From the NCBI GenBank assembly GCA_023415795.1, contig JAEZJG010000010.1, positions 10,189 to 74,188 on the forward strand: a stretch of 64,000 nt of DNA. Reading direction: 5' to 3'. Below the pieces are notes generated by a model. That model made no database searches and had not been told where the DNA came from. It saw only the letters and a list, made by a program, of their open reading frames with translations. Positions 48,029 to 58,178 of the stretch are shown piece by piece. Both the position numbers and the translations under genes were made by a program. The first letter of the stretch is position 1. Every line of letters begins with the position of its first letter. The stretch comes from Bacillota bacterium. GTDB taxonomy: Bacteria; Bacillota; Clostridia; Christensenellales; SZUA-584.

Positions 48029-48685
48029 TTGCTTAAAGCGGTTTTATTTGATATGGACGGGGTATTGGTGGATACGGAGCCGGAGTATCAGCGGCTGGAC
48101 ATACAGCTGGCCAGCGAGCTGGGCTTTACGCTGACATCCGAGGAGCAGAGCAGTTACGTGGGCGTGAGCATGCTGGAAACGTGGCGGTCTCTGCAGCAGA
48201 AGTATGGTTTTACGCAAGATCCGCTGACGGTGGTGCAAAAGGAAACAGCGCACATGCAGCGCTATTATGAAGGCGGCGACCTGTGTGTGTACGAGGCGTC
48301 GGTGGCTCTGCTAAAAAGCTGTGCGGCGGCGGGGCTCAAGGTGGCGGTTGCCACATCATCGGAACAGCCCATCGCGGAATGTGTAGTGCGGCGGCTGGGG
48401 TTGGCAGACCTCGTGGACGCCGTGGTTTCCAGCAGCATGACCAAGCGCTCCAAGCCTGCGCCCGATATCTTTTTGCTGGCAATGGAACGTCTGGGTGTGG
48501 CAGGCAGCGAATGCGTTGTCGTGGAGGACGCAGACAGCGGCATCGCTGCGGCGATCGCGGCAGGTGCAGGCAAAGTGATCGGTCTGCGGCATCCCATCGG
48601 ACGGCAAACACTGAGCGGTGCGGATCTGGTGGTGGATTCTCTGGCGGACGTCACGGTGCAGCAGCTGCGCGCCATGCTGGAATAG
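48029..48685 (+). CDS. HAD-family hydrolase (beta-phosphoglucomutase-like subfamily)
   Basis: DMDGVLVDTE motif I. TTG start behind GGGAGG. Confidence 0.8.
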   Translation: MLKAVLFDMDGVLVDTEPEYQRLDIQLASELGFTLTSEEQSSYVGVSMLETWRSLQQKYGFTQDPLTVVQKETAHMQRYYEGGDLCVYEASVALLKSCAAAGLKVAVATSSEQPIAECVVRRLGLADLVDAVVSSSMTKRSKPAPDIFLLAMERLGVAGSECVVVEDADSGIAAAIAAGAGKVIGLRHPIGRQTLSGADLVVDSLADVTVQQLRAMLE

Positions 48686-48760
48686 CCGTATACTCAACGT
48701 TTTGGCTTGTCAGTATCATTTTTTAAGGTTGTCCGCGGCAGTTTGGGGCAAATCATGCTA

Positions 48761-48789
48761 TTGCATCTGCCGCGCGTTTTTGGTATATT
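48761..48789 (+). promoter_or_regulatory. Sigma-A-type promoter of the glyQS T-box leader
   Basis: TTGCAT (48761-48766), 17-nt spacer, TATATT (48784-48789). Confidence 0.55.
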
Positions 48790-48796
48790 AGAAAAA

Positions 48797-49008
48797 AATA
48801 TCGATCGGTTGGTAAGAGCATGGCTCTAAAGTTACGTCGGCAAAGCGACGCGGGAAGGGTGAAAGCCCGCGACGGCGGCAGAGACATGGGCGCTTTGAAC
48901 AAACAACCGATAGCCAGAGCGGGCATGCTGCATCGGCATGTCAACGAGGGTGGAACCGCGGAAAGACGTCACTTTTCGTCCCTTACGAGGACTTAAGGTG
49001 ATTTTTTA
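48797..49008 (+). promoter_or_regulatory. T-box riboswitch (glycine specifier) with terminator
   Basis: The Stem I base pairs ATCGGTTG (48804-48811) with CAACCGAT (48904-48911). The conserved T-box sequence GGGTGGAACCGCG is at 48948-48960. The terminator is TCACTTT..GTCC/GGAC..AAGGTGA (48969-49001) followed by TTTTTT. The likely specifier is GGC at 48889-48891, but its position is not certain. The downstream gene is glyQS. Confidence 0.85.
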
Positions 49009-49036
49009 TTTACTGAAAAATGAATGCGGAGGAATT

Positions 49037-50425
49037 ATGAAAAAGGATAAGCAGACGATGGAGCGCATTGTGGCGCTCTGCAAAAACCGGGGCTTTGTGT
49101 ACCCCGGCTCGGATATTTACGGCGGTCTCGCCAACTCATGGGACTACGGTCCTTTGGGTGTGGAGTTTAAGAACAACGTGAAGCAGGCATGGTGGAAGAA
49201 GTTCGTCAAGGAATGCCCGTATAACGTCGGTCTCGACGCGGCAATTTTGATGAATCCGCAGGTATGGGTGGCCTCCGGCCATGTGGGCGGCTTCTCCGAC
49301 CCGCTGATGGACTGCAAAGAGTGCAAGGCCCGCTGGCGCGCGGACCAGTTGATTGAGGATTATGCCGCCAAGAAGGGTATTGACGCGGCTGTCGCGGCGA
49401 TGCAGACCTCCGATATGGAGGCTTTCATCGAGGAAAAGGGCATCAACTGCCCGACATGCGGCAAGCACAACTTCACGAACATCCGCAAGTTCAACCTGAT
49501 GTTCAAGACGTTTCAGGGCGTCACGGAAGACAGCACGAACCAGATCTATCTGCGGCCCGAAACCGCGCAGGGCATCTTCGTCAACTTCAAGAACGTACAG
49601 CGCACCACGCGCAAGCGCCTGCCGTTTGGTATCGGGCAGATCGGCAAGTCGTTCCGTAACGAGATCACGCCGGGCAACTTCATATTCCGCATCCGCGAGT
49701 TCGAGCAGATGGAGCTGGAGTTCTTCTGCAGACCCGAAGAGGAGATGCAGTGGTTCAACTACTGGAAGAACTATTGTCACCAGTGGCTGCTGTCTCTGGG
49801 CATGACGCCGGAGAACATCAAGCTGCGCGACCACGATGCCGAGGAGCTTTCGCACTACTCCAACGCCACGACAGACATCGAATACCTGTTCCCGTTCGGA
49901 TGGGGCGAGCTTTGGGGCATCGCCGACCGCACGGACTTCGATTTAAAGCAGCACCAGAACACATCGGGTCAGAACCTTGAGTATGTTGATCCGGTCACCA
50001 ACGAAAAATTCCTGCCTTACTGCATCGAACCGTCGCTGGGTGCCGACCGCGTAACCCTTGCTTTCCTGTGCGATGCGTACGACGAGGAGAAGCTGGAGAA
50101 CGATACACGCGTGGTGCTGCGCCTCTCCCCCGCGCTTGCGCCCTTCAAGGCTGCCGTGCTGCCGCTGCAAAAGCAGCTGAACGAGAAAGCGCAGGAGGTG
50201 TACGACATGCTGCTGAAGGATCACGTGGTGGATATGGACACCACGGGCAGCATCGGCAAGCGCTACCGCCGGCAGGACGAGATCGGCACGCCGATCTGCA
50301 TCACCGTGGACTTCGACACACTCGAGACCGGCACCGTGACCGTGCGCGACCGCGACACCATGCAGCAGACGCGCATGGAGATCAGCCAGCTGTCCGCGCA
50401 CATCGCTCAGATGGTTAAGTTCTGA
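49037..50425 (+). CDS. glyQS: Glycine--tRNA ligase (alpha2 type)
   Basis: [41 protein letters not shown] is canonical. Start ATG 49037 lies behind GCGGAGGA; the ORF-track start at 48938 lies inside the T-box. Confidence 0.95.
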   Translation: MKKDKQTMERIVALCKNRGFVYPGSDIYGGLANSWDYGPLGVEFKNNVKQAWWKKFVKECPYNVGLDAAILMNPQVWVASGHVGGFSDPLMDCKECKARWRADQLIEDYAAKKGIDAAVAAMQTSDMEAFIEEKGINCPTCGKHNFTNIRKFNLMFKTFQGVTEDSTNQIYLRPETAQGIFVNFKNVQRTTRKRLPFGIGQIGKSFRNEITPGNFIFRIREFEQMELEFFCRPEEEMQWFNYWKNYCHQWLLSLGMTPENIKLRDHDAEELSHYSNATTDIEYLFPFGWGELWGIADRTDFDLKQHQNTSGQNLEYVDPVTNEKFLPYCIEPSLGADRVTLAFLCDAYDEEKLENDTRVVLRLSPALAPFKAAVLPLQKQLNEKAQEVYDMLLKDHVVDMDTTGSIGKRYRRQDEIGTPICITVDFDTLETGTVTVRDRDTMQQTRMEISQLSAHIAQMVKF

Positions 50426-50497
50426 TAGTTTTCAAGCAATAAATGATGTCATAGACTCAGTTGGCTAACGTCAGTGCAGCCAACGACCGATACATGA

Positions 50498-50527
50498 ACA
50501 GCCTTTCCTCACGAGGGGCTGTTTTTT
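50498..50527 (+). terminator. Intrinsic terminator after glyQS
   Basis: ACAGCC...GGCTGT stem with inner CCTC/GAGG pairing, followed by TTTTT. Confidence 0.7.
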
Positions 50528-50641
50528 GTACCAAATTGGTATATAATATTGACATGAACAATATCTAGTGAATACCAAAGTAATAAATACGATTTCCTCT
50601 TTTGCTATAGTCTTTAAATATTTTGCAAAAGGAGTACGCTT

Positions 50642-51046
50642 ATGGACACCGAAAGAACATTTATCATGCTCAAGCCCGACTGTGTTCAGAGGGGGTTGGT
50701 GGGCGAAGTGCTCTCTCGCATCGAGAAGAAAGGATACCGGATATCCGACGCTAAAATGCAGCGCCTGTCCAAGGAGATACTGGACGAGCACTATGCCCAC
50801 ATGGTCAGCAGGCCGTATTATCCGCAGATTGTGGAATACATGACGTCCGGACCGGTGCTGGCCCTGATCGTGGAGGGCATGAACGTGGTGCTGGGCACGC
50901 GGCAGCTTATGGGCGCGACGGAGTTTGAAGACCGCGTTGCGGGCACCATTCGCGGGGATTTAACGTACTGCGTCCGCTTCAATCTCATCCACGGCTCCGA
51001 TTCGCCGGAAAATGCGGAGATCGAAATCAAACGCTTTTTTGGATAA
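50642..51046 (+). CDS. ndk: Nucleoside-diphosphate kinase
   Basis: ERTFIMLKPD...NLIHGSDS motifs. Confidence 0.95.
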   Translation: MDTERTFIMLKPDCVQRGLVGEVLSRIEKKGYRISDAKMQRLSKEILDEHYAHMVSRPYYPQIVEYMTSGPVLALIVEGMNVVLGTRQLMGATEFEDRVAGTIRGDLTYCVRFNLIHGSDSPENAEIEIKRFFG

Positions 51047-51071
51047 CTCGAACAAAAAAGCGTCGTGTTGG

Positions 51072-51099
51072 GGTCATCAATTGATAATGACCGCTTTTT
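51072..51099 (+). terminator. Probable intrinsic terminator after ndk
   Basis: GGTCAT / ATGACC stem with a 9-nt loop, then GCTTTTT. Confidence 0.45.
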
Positions 51100-51224
51100 A
51101 GCTTGCTTTTCTATTTGCTATTTTTCTTTATATTTACGGAAACTGTTTCGCCGGATTGATTCTGATTTATAAATGCATTAATAAACAGGCACTCAATACA
51201 TCTTTGCGGCGAGAGGTAATCAAA

Positions 51225-52766
51225 TTGAGCAGCTTTCCGATAATACTGATAAATTCGGCATCCCTGGTGCTGATCTTTTCCGTCATCATATATTCGTGGA
51301 TCAAAAGGGCAAACACCGGCGCGCTCCAGCTTTGCATCGCTACCGCATTCATGCTGCTGTGGGCGATTGGCTCGTTTGGCGAGGTGCTGGCTGAAAGCTT
51401 TGCCAGTAAGCTGGCATGGCGCAATTTCACCCAAATCGGCGTATTCTATACCCCTGTCGCCTGCTTTGCATTCTCAGCATCCTACTCAGGAATGCTGCAC
51501 CGCATCAAAAGACCTTTGCTGATATTGATATATACCGTTCAAACAACAAGCATTCTGCTGATACTCACAGATCCTTGGCATCACATCATGCGCGAGAGCG
51601 TTCAGCTTTATAACAGCGACGGTGTCAGCGTCGTCACCGTTACGTCAACACCGCTGGGAAGAATTCTGGTTTCCGCTAACTTCATCATGATGGCAGCAGC
51701 CTTGGTTATGCTGGTCATGTTTGCAGTCCGAACAAAAAGCCGTATGCGCACTCAGGTACTGATCACCACAGGCGGCATGGCTCTTGCTTTTTTCTATGCG
51801 CTGATTAAGGTGACCACAGGTGAGACGGTATTGCCCATTGTGCCCATATCCGCCACATTCGGAATCTCCTGCCTCGCCATGCTGCTGGGCATCTTCCAGT
51901 ACGACTTCCTGATGGTGCTGCCCATTGCGCGTAACGAGGCCTTCAATGTCATCGACGACGGTATACTGGTTTCCTCTCCGCGGGGCGAAATCATTGACGC
52001 GAACGCAGCGGCGCACCGCATGCTGACACACGTGTGTGACGCGCATTGCGCGGGCGACACGCAAAAACTTTCGGGCATAAACCAGCTGCTGGCAGACAGC
52101 TATCCCCAATGGCTGGCGCTGCTGTCTCGGTGCGAGGCGGGTTCGCTTCAGCTGTCCGAAACGCTGAACGGCAATGCCTATCATTTGCAATGCGACATCT
52201 ACGTGCTGAAGAAAAACCGCAAAGCCATCGGCACCATCACTGTGCTGCGCAATGTCACCGAACAGCGCCGACAGAATGAGCTGCTCAAGCTGCGTGCTGA
52301 GCGCGACGGGCTGCTGGGCATCTACAACCGCCATACCTTCATCGACCGCGTGAATCAGGCACTGTCAGACAGCGTCAAGGATGTATGCCTGCTGTTTTTT
52401 GATCTGGATGATTTTAAGAAGGTAAACGATAATTATGGACATATAGCGGGGGACTACGTGCTTAAGGAGTCCTGCGCCTGCATCTCTGATGCGCTGGGCG
52501 GGCAGCATCTGCTGGGCCGCATCGGCGGTGAGGAATTTGCCGTCTTTATCAGCGGCATCAGCCCGGAGGAAGCCCTCAAAACAGCAGAAATGCTGCGTAT
52601 CCGCATTGACGGACATCCCTTCGCATTTCAGGATCAAACGCTGCATGTTACCATCAGTGTGGGCGTTGCCACAGGTCGCGGAAAAACGTTCAACCAGCTG
52701 TATCAGCGCGCGGACGACATGCTCTACAAGGCCAAGGCCTCTGGTAAAAACTGCATCATGGTGTAA
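51225..52766 (+). CDS. Diguanylate cyclase: N-terminal 7-TM sensor module, PAS-like region, GGDEF domain
   Basis: Seven hydrophobic helices, then a GGEEF active-site motif (RIGGEEFAVF). Start provisionally at TTG 51225 behind GAGAGG; the ORF-track start is 51156. Confidence 0.8.
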   Translation: MSSFPIILINSASLVLIFSVIIYSWIKRANTGALQLCIATAFMLLWAIGSFGEVLAESFASKLAWRNFTQIGVFYTPVACFAFSASYSGMLHRIKRPLLILIYTVQTTSILLILTDPWHHIMRESVQLYNSDGVSVVTVTSTPLGRILVSANFIMMAAALVMLVMFAVRTKSRMRTQVLITTGGMALAFFYALIKVTTGETVLPIVPISATFGISCLAMLLGIFQYDFLMVLPIARNEAFNVIDDGILVSSPRGEIIDANAAAHRMLTHVCDAHCAGDTQKLSGINQLLADSYPQWLALLSRCEAGSLQLSETLNGNAYHLQCDIYVLKKNRKAIGTITVLRNVTEQRRQNELLKLRAERDGLLGIYNRHTFIDRVNQALSDSVKDVCLLFFDLDDFKKVNDNYGHIAGDYVLKESCACISDALGGQHLLGRIGGEEFAVFISGISPEEALKTAEMLRIRIDGHPFAFQDQTLHVTISVGVATGRGKTFNQLYQRADDMLYKAKASGKNCIMV

Positions 52767-52861
52767 AGCATCGCCATAACACATGTTCTTTTCGAATTAT
52801 CTAAACTCATTCTGCCATGCTACCGATAAAACATATAGGGCCACTGACAGGAGAGATTATC

Positions 52862-54526
52862 ATGTCTAATTTTAATAATATAAACCAAAATTACAATACA
52901 CAGGCCGCCGCAGATCAAGCGGACATATGCTCCGCCGTGGATGCATCATACATCGTAGAGTACGGTGAGGACGGAGTTTTCGTTAAGGTGTGCTACGAGA
53001 ACGATGGCGGCTTACCGCTTAGTCCTGCAGTTGTGTCGTATGATCTATGCCGTCGAAACATTGCCGGCGCCGATATCGGCAGAGCTATTTTGGGTGTACG
53101 TCGGCGCGAGGAGCGTATTCGTATTGCGAATGCGCAGCCGGAACCGCCCTCTGATACGACTGTCTATGTTTCAATTTCACAAGATGAGATGTCAGCCAAC
53201 ATGGTATTACTGCCGCCCTGCGGTACAGGAGCTGACCAAGCCCCGGAAGAGCTGCTGCTTGACGTTCAGAATAAATGGGGTGTCATTTTTGGGGTTGATG
53301 AAAATGCCATAAAAACAGCGGCGCAAGACAAGAGATATTATCAGGAAATCCATATAGCAGCCGGTAAGAATGCCGAGCAGGGTAAGGATGGCAAGGTGGT
53401 GCTGCTTTTCAATACACAACACAGCTATGCCCCGAAAATTGCCGCAGACGGCACCGCGGACTACAAAAACCTGAACGTGTTTGAAGGCGTGAGAGTAGGC
53501 GCTCCTCTGGCAGTCTTAGAAGCACCCGGTGAAGGCACGGAGGGGTGTAACGTAAAGGGAAGGATAATTCCTGCTCGCAAGGGTCGGGATGTTAAGCTGC
53601 CCAAAGGTAAGAACGTCTTCGCATCAAAAGATGGTCTCAGTTTGATTGCGGCTAAAAACGGACGTGTCGATTACATAAACGGGCAGATAGTGGTTTCGGA
53701 TGTTTTCCGCATCGCGGGCGATGTCGATATGGGAACCGGGAATATAAAGTTCGACGGCGATGTCATTGTGATGGGCAACGTGATATCTGGTCTGACCGTT
53801 GAAGCAACGGGCACTGTTGAGGTCGGCGGATATGTGGAGGCCGCAAACATTATAGCCGGAAAAGATATTATACTGAAAAATGGCATGCAAGGCATGGGAA
53901 AAGGCATGCTCAAAGCGAAAGAAAGCATTGTAGCAAGATTCTTGGAACACTGTACGCTTGAAGCCCAGAAAGATATTATTTCCGATTCTATCGTCCACTG
54001 TGACGCCACAGCGGGTGAGTCTGTCAAGATGCAGGGTAAATGGGCACGCATTCAGGGCGGAGTGATACGCGCAAGCCGCAGCATCACCGCCAATACCGTT
54101 GGCACTCTGTCAAATGAGCTTACTGAAATCGAGTTGGGCACATCTGCCGAGATTCGGTCACGCTACACCAAGCTGACAACCGAAAAAGATGAATTGAAAG
54201 CTCAACTGGACAAAGTCGTGATGATGCTGCGCGTTATTCCGGCAAACAGCGTATCGCCTGAACACCAGCAGCTTTTACCCAAGCTGAGTGCCGCAAAGGA
54301 GCAGCTCCAGCGGCAGTACACCGCAGCGGTTTCCAGCTTAGAGGCTCTTACTGCGCAGATTGAGGAACTCAGCCATGCACAGCTGCACGTTCTCAAAGCA
54401 ATATATCCAAACGTAAAAATCAGTATTAATATGTGCTCTATGACAACAAGATCACTACAGGAAAAAGTCTCATTTCATTGCCGAACAGGCGGCATCGTAT
54501 CCTCTTACTGCGAAATCAAGCAATAG
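52862..54526 (+). CDS. DUF342 (FapA-like) domain protein
   Basis: Beta-helix-like repeats (GDVDMGTGNIKFDGDVIVMGNVISGLTVEATGTVEVGGYVEAANIIAG) plus a C-terminal coiled coil. ATG 52862 lies behind AGGAGAG. Confidence 0.65.
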   Translation: MSNFNNINQNYNTQAAADQADICSAVDASYIVEYGEDGVFVKVCYENDGGLPLSPAVVSYDLCRRNIAGADIGRAILGVRRREERIRIANAQPEPPSDTTVYVSISQDEMSANMVLLPPCGTGADQAPEELLLDVQNKWGVIFGVDENAIKTAAQDKRYYQEIHIAAGKNAEQGKDGKVVLLFNTQHSYAPKIAADGTADYKNLNVFEGVRVGAPLAVLEAPGEGTEGCNVKGRIIPARKGRDVKLPKGKNVFASKDGLSLIAAKNGRVDYINGQIVVSDVFRIAGDVDMGTGNIKFDGDVIVMGNVISGLTVEATGTVEVGGYVEAANIIAGKDIILKNGMQGMGKGMLKAKESIVARFLEHCTLEAQKDIISDSIVHCDATAGESVKMQGKWARIQGGVIRASRSITANTVGTLSNELTEIELGTSAEIRSRYTKLTTEKDELKAQLDKVVMMLRVIPANSVSPEHQQLLPKLSAAKEQLQRQYTAAVSSLEALTAQIEELSHAQLHVLKAIYPNVKISINMCSMTTRSLQEKVSFHCRTGGIVSSYCEIKQ

Positions 54527-54544
54527 ACTGCATCTTCCAGCCGT

Positions 54545-56467
54545 TTATTCTGCTTCATGCGCCTCTTCCCATTGCTCCATCAGCGATTCAATGCGCTGCT
54601 GCACTGTTTCGTGTTCGCCGGACAACGCGACGATATCCGCGTCGGATAACGCCGACGGATCGGCCAGCGTGTCCTCGATCTGCTTGAGCCGCGCTTCTGA
54701 TAGTGTAATTTCCTTCTCTATCTGCGATACGCGCAGCTTGAGAGCTTTGGCGCGCTGTTCCTCCTCACGGCTGGCTCGGCGTCGCTTGGATGCTTCGGTG
54801 CGCGTCAACCCGTCGTCCGCATACGGCTGCACCACTGCGGTTTTACGCGCCTCCAGTGCTGCCTGGTAGTCACTCCAGTTGCCCTCGAACGTAGTCAGTG
54901 TGCCTTCCTTTAGCTCCACCACACTGGCAGCCACGCGGTTGATGAAGTACCGATCATGGCTGACAAACAGTATTGTGCCCTCGTAATCAATCAGAGCATC
55001 CTCCAGCACCTCGCGGCTGTCCATGTCCAAGTGGTTGGTGGGCTCATCCAGTAGCAGCAGCGCCGGGCGCGACATCATCAGCTTCAGCAGTGCCAGCCGC
55101 CCTTTCTCGCCGCCTGACAACGCAGACACCGGTTTGAACACGTCGTCCCCGAAGAACAGAAAGCCCGCCAATACATTGCGCAGCTCGCCGTCCGTTTTGG
55201 AGGGGTACGCCTCTCGCAGCTCCTCAATGAGCGTGCAGCGCTCGTTCAAGCCCTCCTGCAGCTGATCGTAATAACCCATCTTCACGCCCGCGCCCAGCGT
55301 CACGCACCCGCTCTGCGGCATCAGCCTGCCCGCGAAAATGCGCAGCAGCGTCGTCTTTCCCACGCCGTTAGGGCCCACAAGTGCCGCGCTGTCGCCCTTG
55401 AACAGGCGCATATCCAGCCCATCGAACAACACCTTATCGCCAAACGCCATCGACAGCCCTTCCGCGATCAGCACATCCTCCGCGGTTGCGCCGCCATCCA
55501 GCTTCAGCGACATGCGCGCACGTTCCGCCTCGGGGCGATCCACGCGCTCCATCTTTTCCAGCAGGTGTTCCCGTGCCTGTGCTTTGATGAAGTTCTTGCC
55601 GCCGCCCGAGCGTCCCCATGTCTTGTATCGCTCGATCACGGCTTCCTGCCGCTTTATCTCGCGCTGATTATGTTCATAAGCCTTTTGCTGCAGCCGCCGC
55701 TGCTCCTGCCGCTTAGCCGCAAACACCGAATAGTTGCCGACCTCTACGCTGAGCTTGTTGTTATACAACCCCGCCACATGCGTACACAGCTGGTCCAGGA
55801 ACCAGCGGTCATGCGAAACCAGTATCACCGCGCCGCGCCAGCTTTTGAGATAACCCTCCAGCCACTCGATCGCACCCGCGTCCAGATGGTTGGTCGGCTC
55901 ATCCAGCAGCAGCAGCGTGGGCTTTTTGAGCAGCAGCCGCCCCAACGCCAGCCGTGCACGTTGTCCGCCGGACAGTGTGGACACGCGCTGCTCGAACATC
56001 TCCTCACCAAGCCCCAGCCCTTTGAGCACGCCGCCGATGGCACTCTTATACCCATAGCCGTCCGCTTCCTCAAACGCCCGCGTTACCCTTTCGTATTCGC
56101 GGGATATGCGCTGCCACGCATCGCTGTCCGACGCCGCCTCCGCCATCTTATGCTCCAACGCACGCATGCGCTCCTCCAGAGCGAACACATCGTCAAATAC
56201 AGCCAGCATGGTGCCCCACACGGTATCATCCGTTCCGGCGGGCACCTCCTGACTGAGGTATCCCAGCCCGGCGGGATTGGCAATGCTCACATTGCCGCTG
56301 TCCGCAGCCATTTCACCGCAGATGATGCGCAGCAGCGTGGTCTTTCCCGCGCCGTTGGGGCCTACCAGCCCCAGCCGCTGTTCGTCCGTCAGCACCAGCG
56401 ATATATCCTTTAGCACCTCGTCGGCGCCGAAGCTCTTATTGATATTGTTCAGTGACAGCGCGACCAA
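54545..56467 (-). CDS. ABC-F family ATPase (no TM domains; translation-factor type)
   Basis: 640 aa. Two NBDs (GPNGAGKTT, GPNGVGKTT; LSGGQ, LSGGE), an inter-domain linker, and a C-terminal charged coiled-coil tail. Confidence 0.9.
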   Translation of the reverse strand: MVALSLNNINKSFGADEVLKDISLVLTDEQRLGLVGPNGAGKTTLLRIICGEMAADSGNVSIANPAGLGYLSQEVPAGTDDTVWGTMLAVFDDVFALEERMRALEHKMAEAASDSDAWQRISREYERVTRAFEEADGYGYKSAIGGVLKGLGLGEEMFEQRVSTLSGGQRARLALGRLLLKKPTLLLLDEPTNHLDAGAIEWLEGYLKSWRGAVILVSHDRWFLDQLCTHVAGLYNNKLSVEVGNYSVFAAKRQEQRRLQQKAYEHNQREIKRQEAVIERYKTWGRSGGGKNFIKAQAREHLLEKMERVDRPEAERARMSLKLDGGATAEDVLIAEGLSMAFGDKVLFDGLDMRLFKGDSAALVGPNGVGKTTLLRIFAGRLMPQSGCVTLGAGVKMGYYDQLQEGLNERCTLIEELREAYPSKTDGELRNVLAGFLFFGDDVFKPVSALSGGEKGRLALLKLMMSRPALLLLDEPTNHLDMDSREVLEDALIDYEGTILFVSHDRYFINRVAASVVELKEGTLTTFEGNWSDYQAALEARKTAVVQPYADDGLTRTEASKRRRASREEEQRAKALKLRVSQIEKEITLSEARLKQIEDTLADPSALSDADIVALSGEHETVQQRIESLMEQWEEAHEAE

Positions 56468-56528
56468 TGCGTTTCCTCCAATAGTCTGTCTTCTAGTTTA
56501 AACCCGCACCATTATACATGACATGCGC

Positions 56529-56556
56529 AAAAAAATAAAGCGGGATAGCCCCGCTC
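56529..56556 (-). terminator. Intrinsic terminator after rlmB
   Basis: Minus strand: GAGCGGGG-CTAT-CCCGCT followed by TTATTTTTTT. Confidence 0.7.
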
Positions 56557-56688
56557 AGGTTATTGACAACCGTGTTTTCCGGGCGGACTCCCGCCGCTTT
56601 TGTTAAAGAAAATAGCTTGTTCCATACAACTCTCTAGTGATTAATCCTCAAAACGATATTGATAAAGCTGGCTTCTCCCCGTACACAG

Positions 56689-57441
56689 TCATTTGACGCT
56701 GTCCTGCCGCGCCTTTTCATACATCAGCACAGCCGCCGCCACAGCAGCGTTGAGCGAACCCGTCTGTCCCTTCATCGGTATGCGCGCCTTGAAGTCGCAG
56801 CTTTCCAGCACCAGCCGCGATAGTCCCTCTCCCTCAGAGCCCACCACGATGGCAATCGCGCCCTTCATGTCGATGGAGTCAGCAGTTTGACCGGAGGGGT
56901 CTGCCGCCACTGTCCAAACATTCTTAGCCTTCAGCTCCTCGATAGCCGCGGTTATATTGGTCACCTTGGCAATCGCGATGAGATCCGACGCGCCCGACGA
57001 GGTCTTCGCGGCAACGGCGGAAAGAGACGCGCTGCGGTGCTTGCCGAGAATCACGCCATGCGCGCCCAGCACCTCCGCACTGCGGATGATAGAGCCTAAA
57101 TTTCCTTCGTCCGTGATACCGTCCAGCAGCACGATGAAGGGCGGTTCGCCGCGCTTTTCCGCCAGTGCGAAAATGTCCTCAATGGAGTCGTAGTCCCGCG
57201 CGGGTGCAACAGCCAGCACGCCCTGATGGTTGGCAGGCTTTCCGCCGAAGCCAAAGGGCAGCGTCATGCTGTCCAGCTTGCGCCTGTCCGCCCGGACGAC
57301 GGGAATATGGTGCTGCGCTGCCAGTGTCAGTATCTCGCGCACACTGGGGTCTGTCACATCCACCGACGCGATGAGCTTGTCGATCGAACGCCCGGAACGT
57401 ATCGCGGACTTCACCGCGTTTCTGCCGTATATGATATCCAT
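56689..57441 (-). CDS. rlmB: 23S rRNA (guanosine-2'-O)-methyltransferase, SpoU/TrmH family
   Basis: 250 aa with an RlmB-like sequence (GNLGSIIRSAEVLG...SLNAAVAAAVLMYE). Confidence 0.85.
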   Translation of the reverse strand: MDIIYGRNAVKSAIRSGRSIDKLIASVDVTDPSVREILTLAAQHHIPVVRADRRKLDSMTLPFGFGGKPANHQGVLAVAPARDYDSIEDIFALAEKRGEPPFIVLLDGITDEGNLGSIIRSAEVLGAHGVILGKHRSASLSAVAAKTSSGASDLIAIAKVTNITAAIEELKAKNVWTVAADPSGQTADSIDMKGAIAIVVGSEGEGLSRLVLESCDFKARIPMKGQTGSLNAAVAAAVLMYEKARQDSVK

Positions 57442-58178
57442 TATATTTTACCTTTCACTATTTCTTGATGATAATTTCTGACCTCGGCTGCCTTGCCGCA
57501 GCTCATTTTGCCCTCGCTGCATGCGCCCCGCAGGCAAGAGGGCCCGGCGTTGGCAAACAGCGACGGCGCTGCCTTGCACACCAGTGCCAGCATGCGCCAT
57601 GCCAGCTCGCGTATCTCCCACTGAGCGCGGTTGCAGCAGCGCAGCGCAAAGAAGTGCATCAGTTCGCGGGCATTCATCGTCAGCAGCATGCGGGTTTCGC
57701 ATGCGCCGGGCAGCACAAACCGCGCGTCCTCGTTGGATTTCTCTCCTGTGCCCAGCCGCTCACGCCAGCCGTCGTACCAGTGCTGCATCTGCGCCATCTG
57801 CTCCTCGTATTCTTGCACTGCGTCGTCGCCCAGTGCCCGAATTGCAGGAGGAATGATATAGCCAAAGCCGCCGTCCGTATAGCTCACATACCGCTGCGAC
57901 TGCACCGAGAAGCTCGCAATGCGATGCCGCGTAATCTGCGCCAGCAGCGTGCGCGATACGCCCTCAATGCCGAACGTAAACGCGGCGTGCTCCACCGTGG
58001 ACAGATGCCCCAGATCCACAATCTTTTGCAAAAACGCGGCAGACTTCTCCGGCGTCAAATCGTATGCGATATCGCCGATGTGCGCCGGGCTGTAGCACAG
58101 CTTGGCCGCCATCGCCGCCAGCTTTTCCGCCTCGGGCGGGCAGCTGATCAGCTCAACGTTTAATATGGCTTCAGGCAT
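57441..58178 (-). CDS. thyX: FAD-dependent thymidylate synthase
   Basis: ThyX motif RHRIASFSVQSQR. ATG 58178 lies behind GAGGGGGG. 1-nt overlap (TAATG) with rlmB. Confidence 0.9.
   Translation of the reverse strand: MPEAILNVELISCPPEAEKLAAMAAKLCYSPAHIGDIAYDLTPEKSAAFLQKIVDLGHLSTVEHAAFTFGIEGVSRTLLAQITRHRIASFSVQSQRYVSYTDGGFGYIIPPAIRALGDDAVQEYEEQMAQMQHWYDGWRERLGTGEKSNEDARFVLPGACETRMLLTMNARELMHFFALRCCNRAQWEIRELAWRMLALVCKAAPSLFANAGPSCLRGACSEGKMSCGKAAEVRNYHQEIVKGKI

Noticed and set aside
48938-49036. N-terminal extensions in the ORF track: glyQS from 48938, nrdD from 42028, tatD from 63811, secD from 29274, the XRE-TM gene from 35872, binding proteins from 6692 and 17381, and ATPases from 5531 and 16245.
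   Set aside because: The extensions run through a T-box, promoters or the preceding gene. They lack an RBS and add sequence not seen at the family N-termini. Internal starts with good Shine-Dalgarno sequences are available.
54545-56688. The ABC-F gene as an antibiotic-resistance (ARE) determinant with a leader-peptide attenuator.
   Set aside because: The predicted promoter (-10 at 56511-56516, minus strand) leaves a leader of only about 40 nt, with no terminator or uORF. The upstream hairpin at 56529-56556 is the rlmB terminator. The gene looks like a housekeeping ABC-F.
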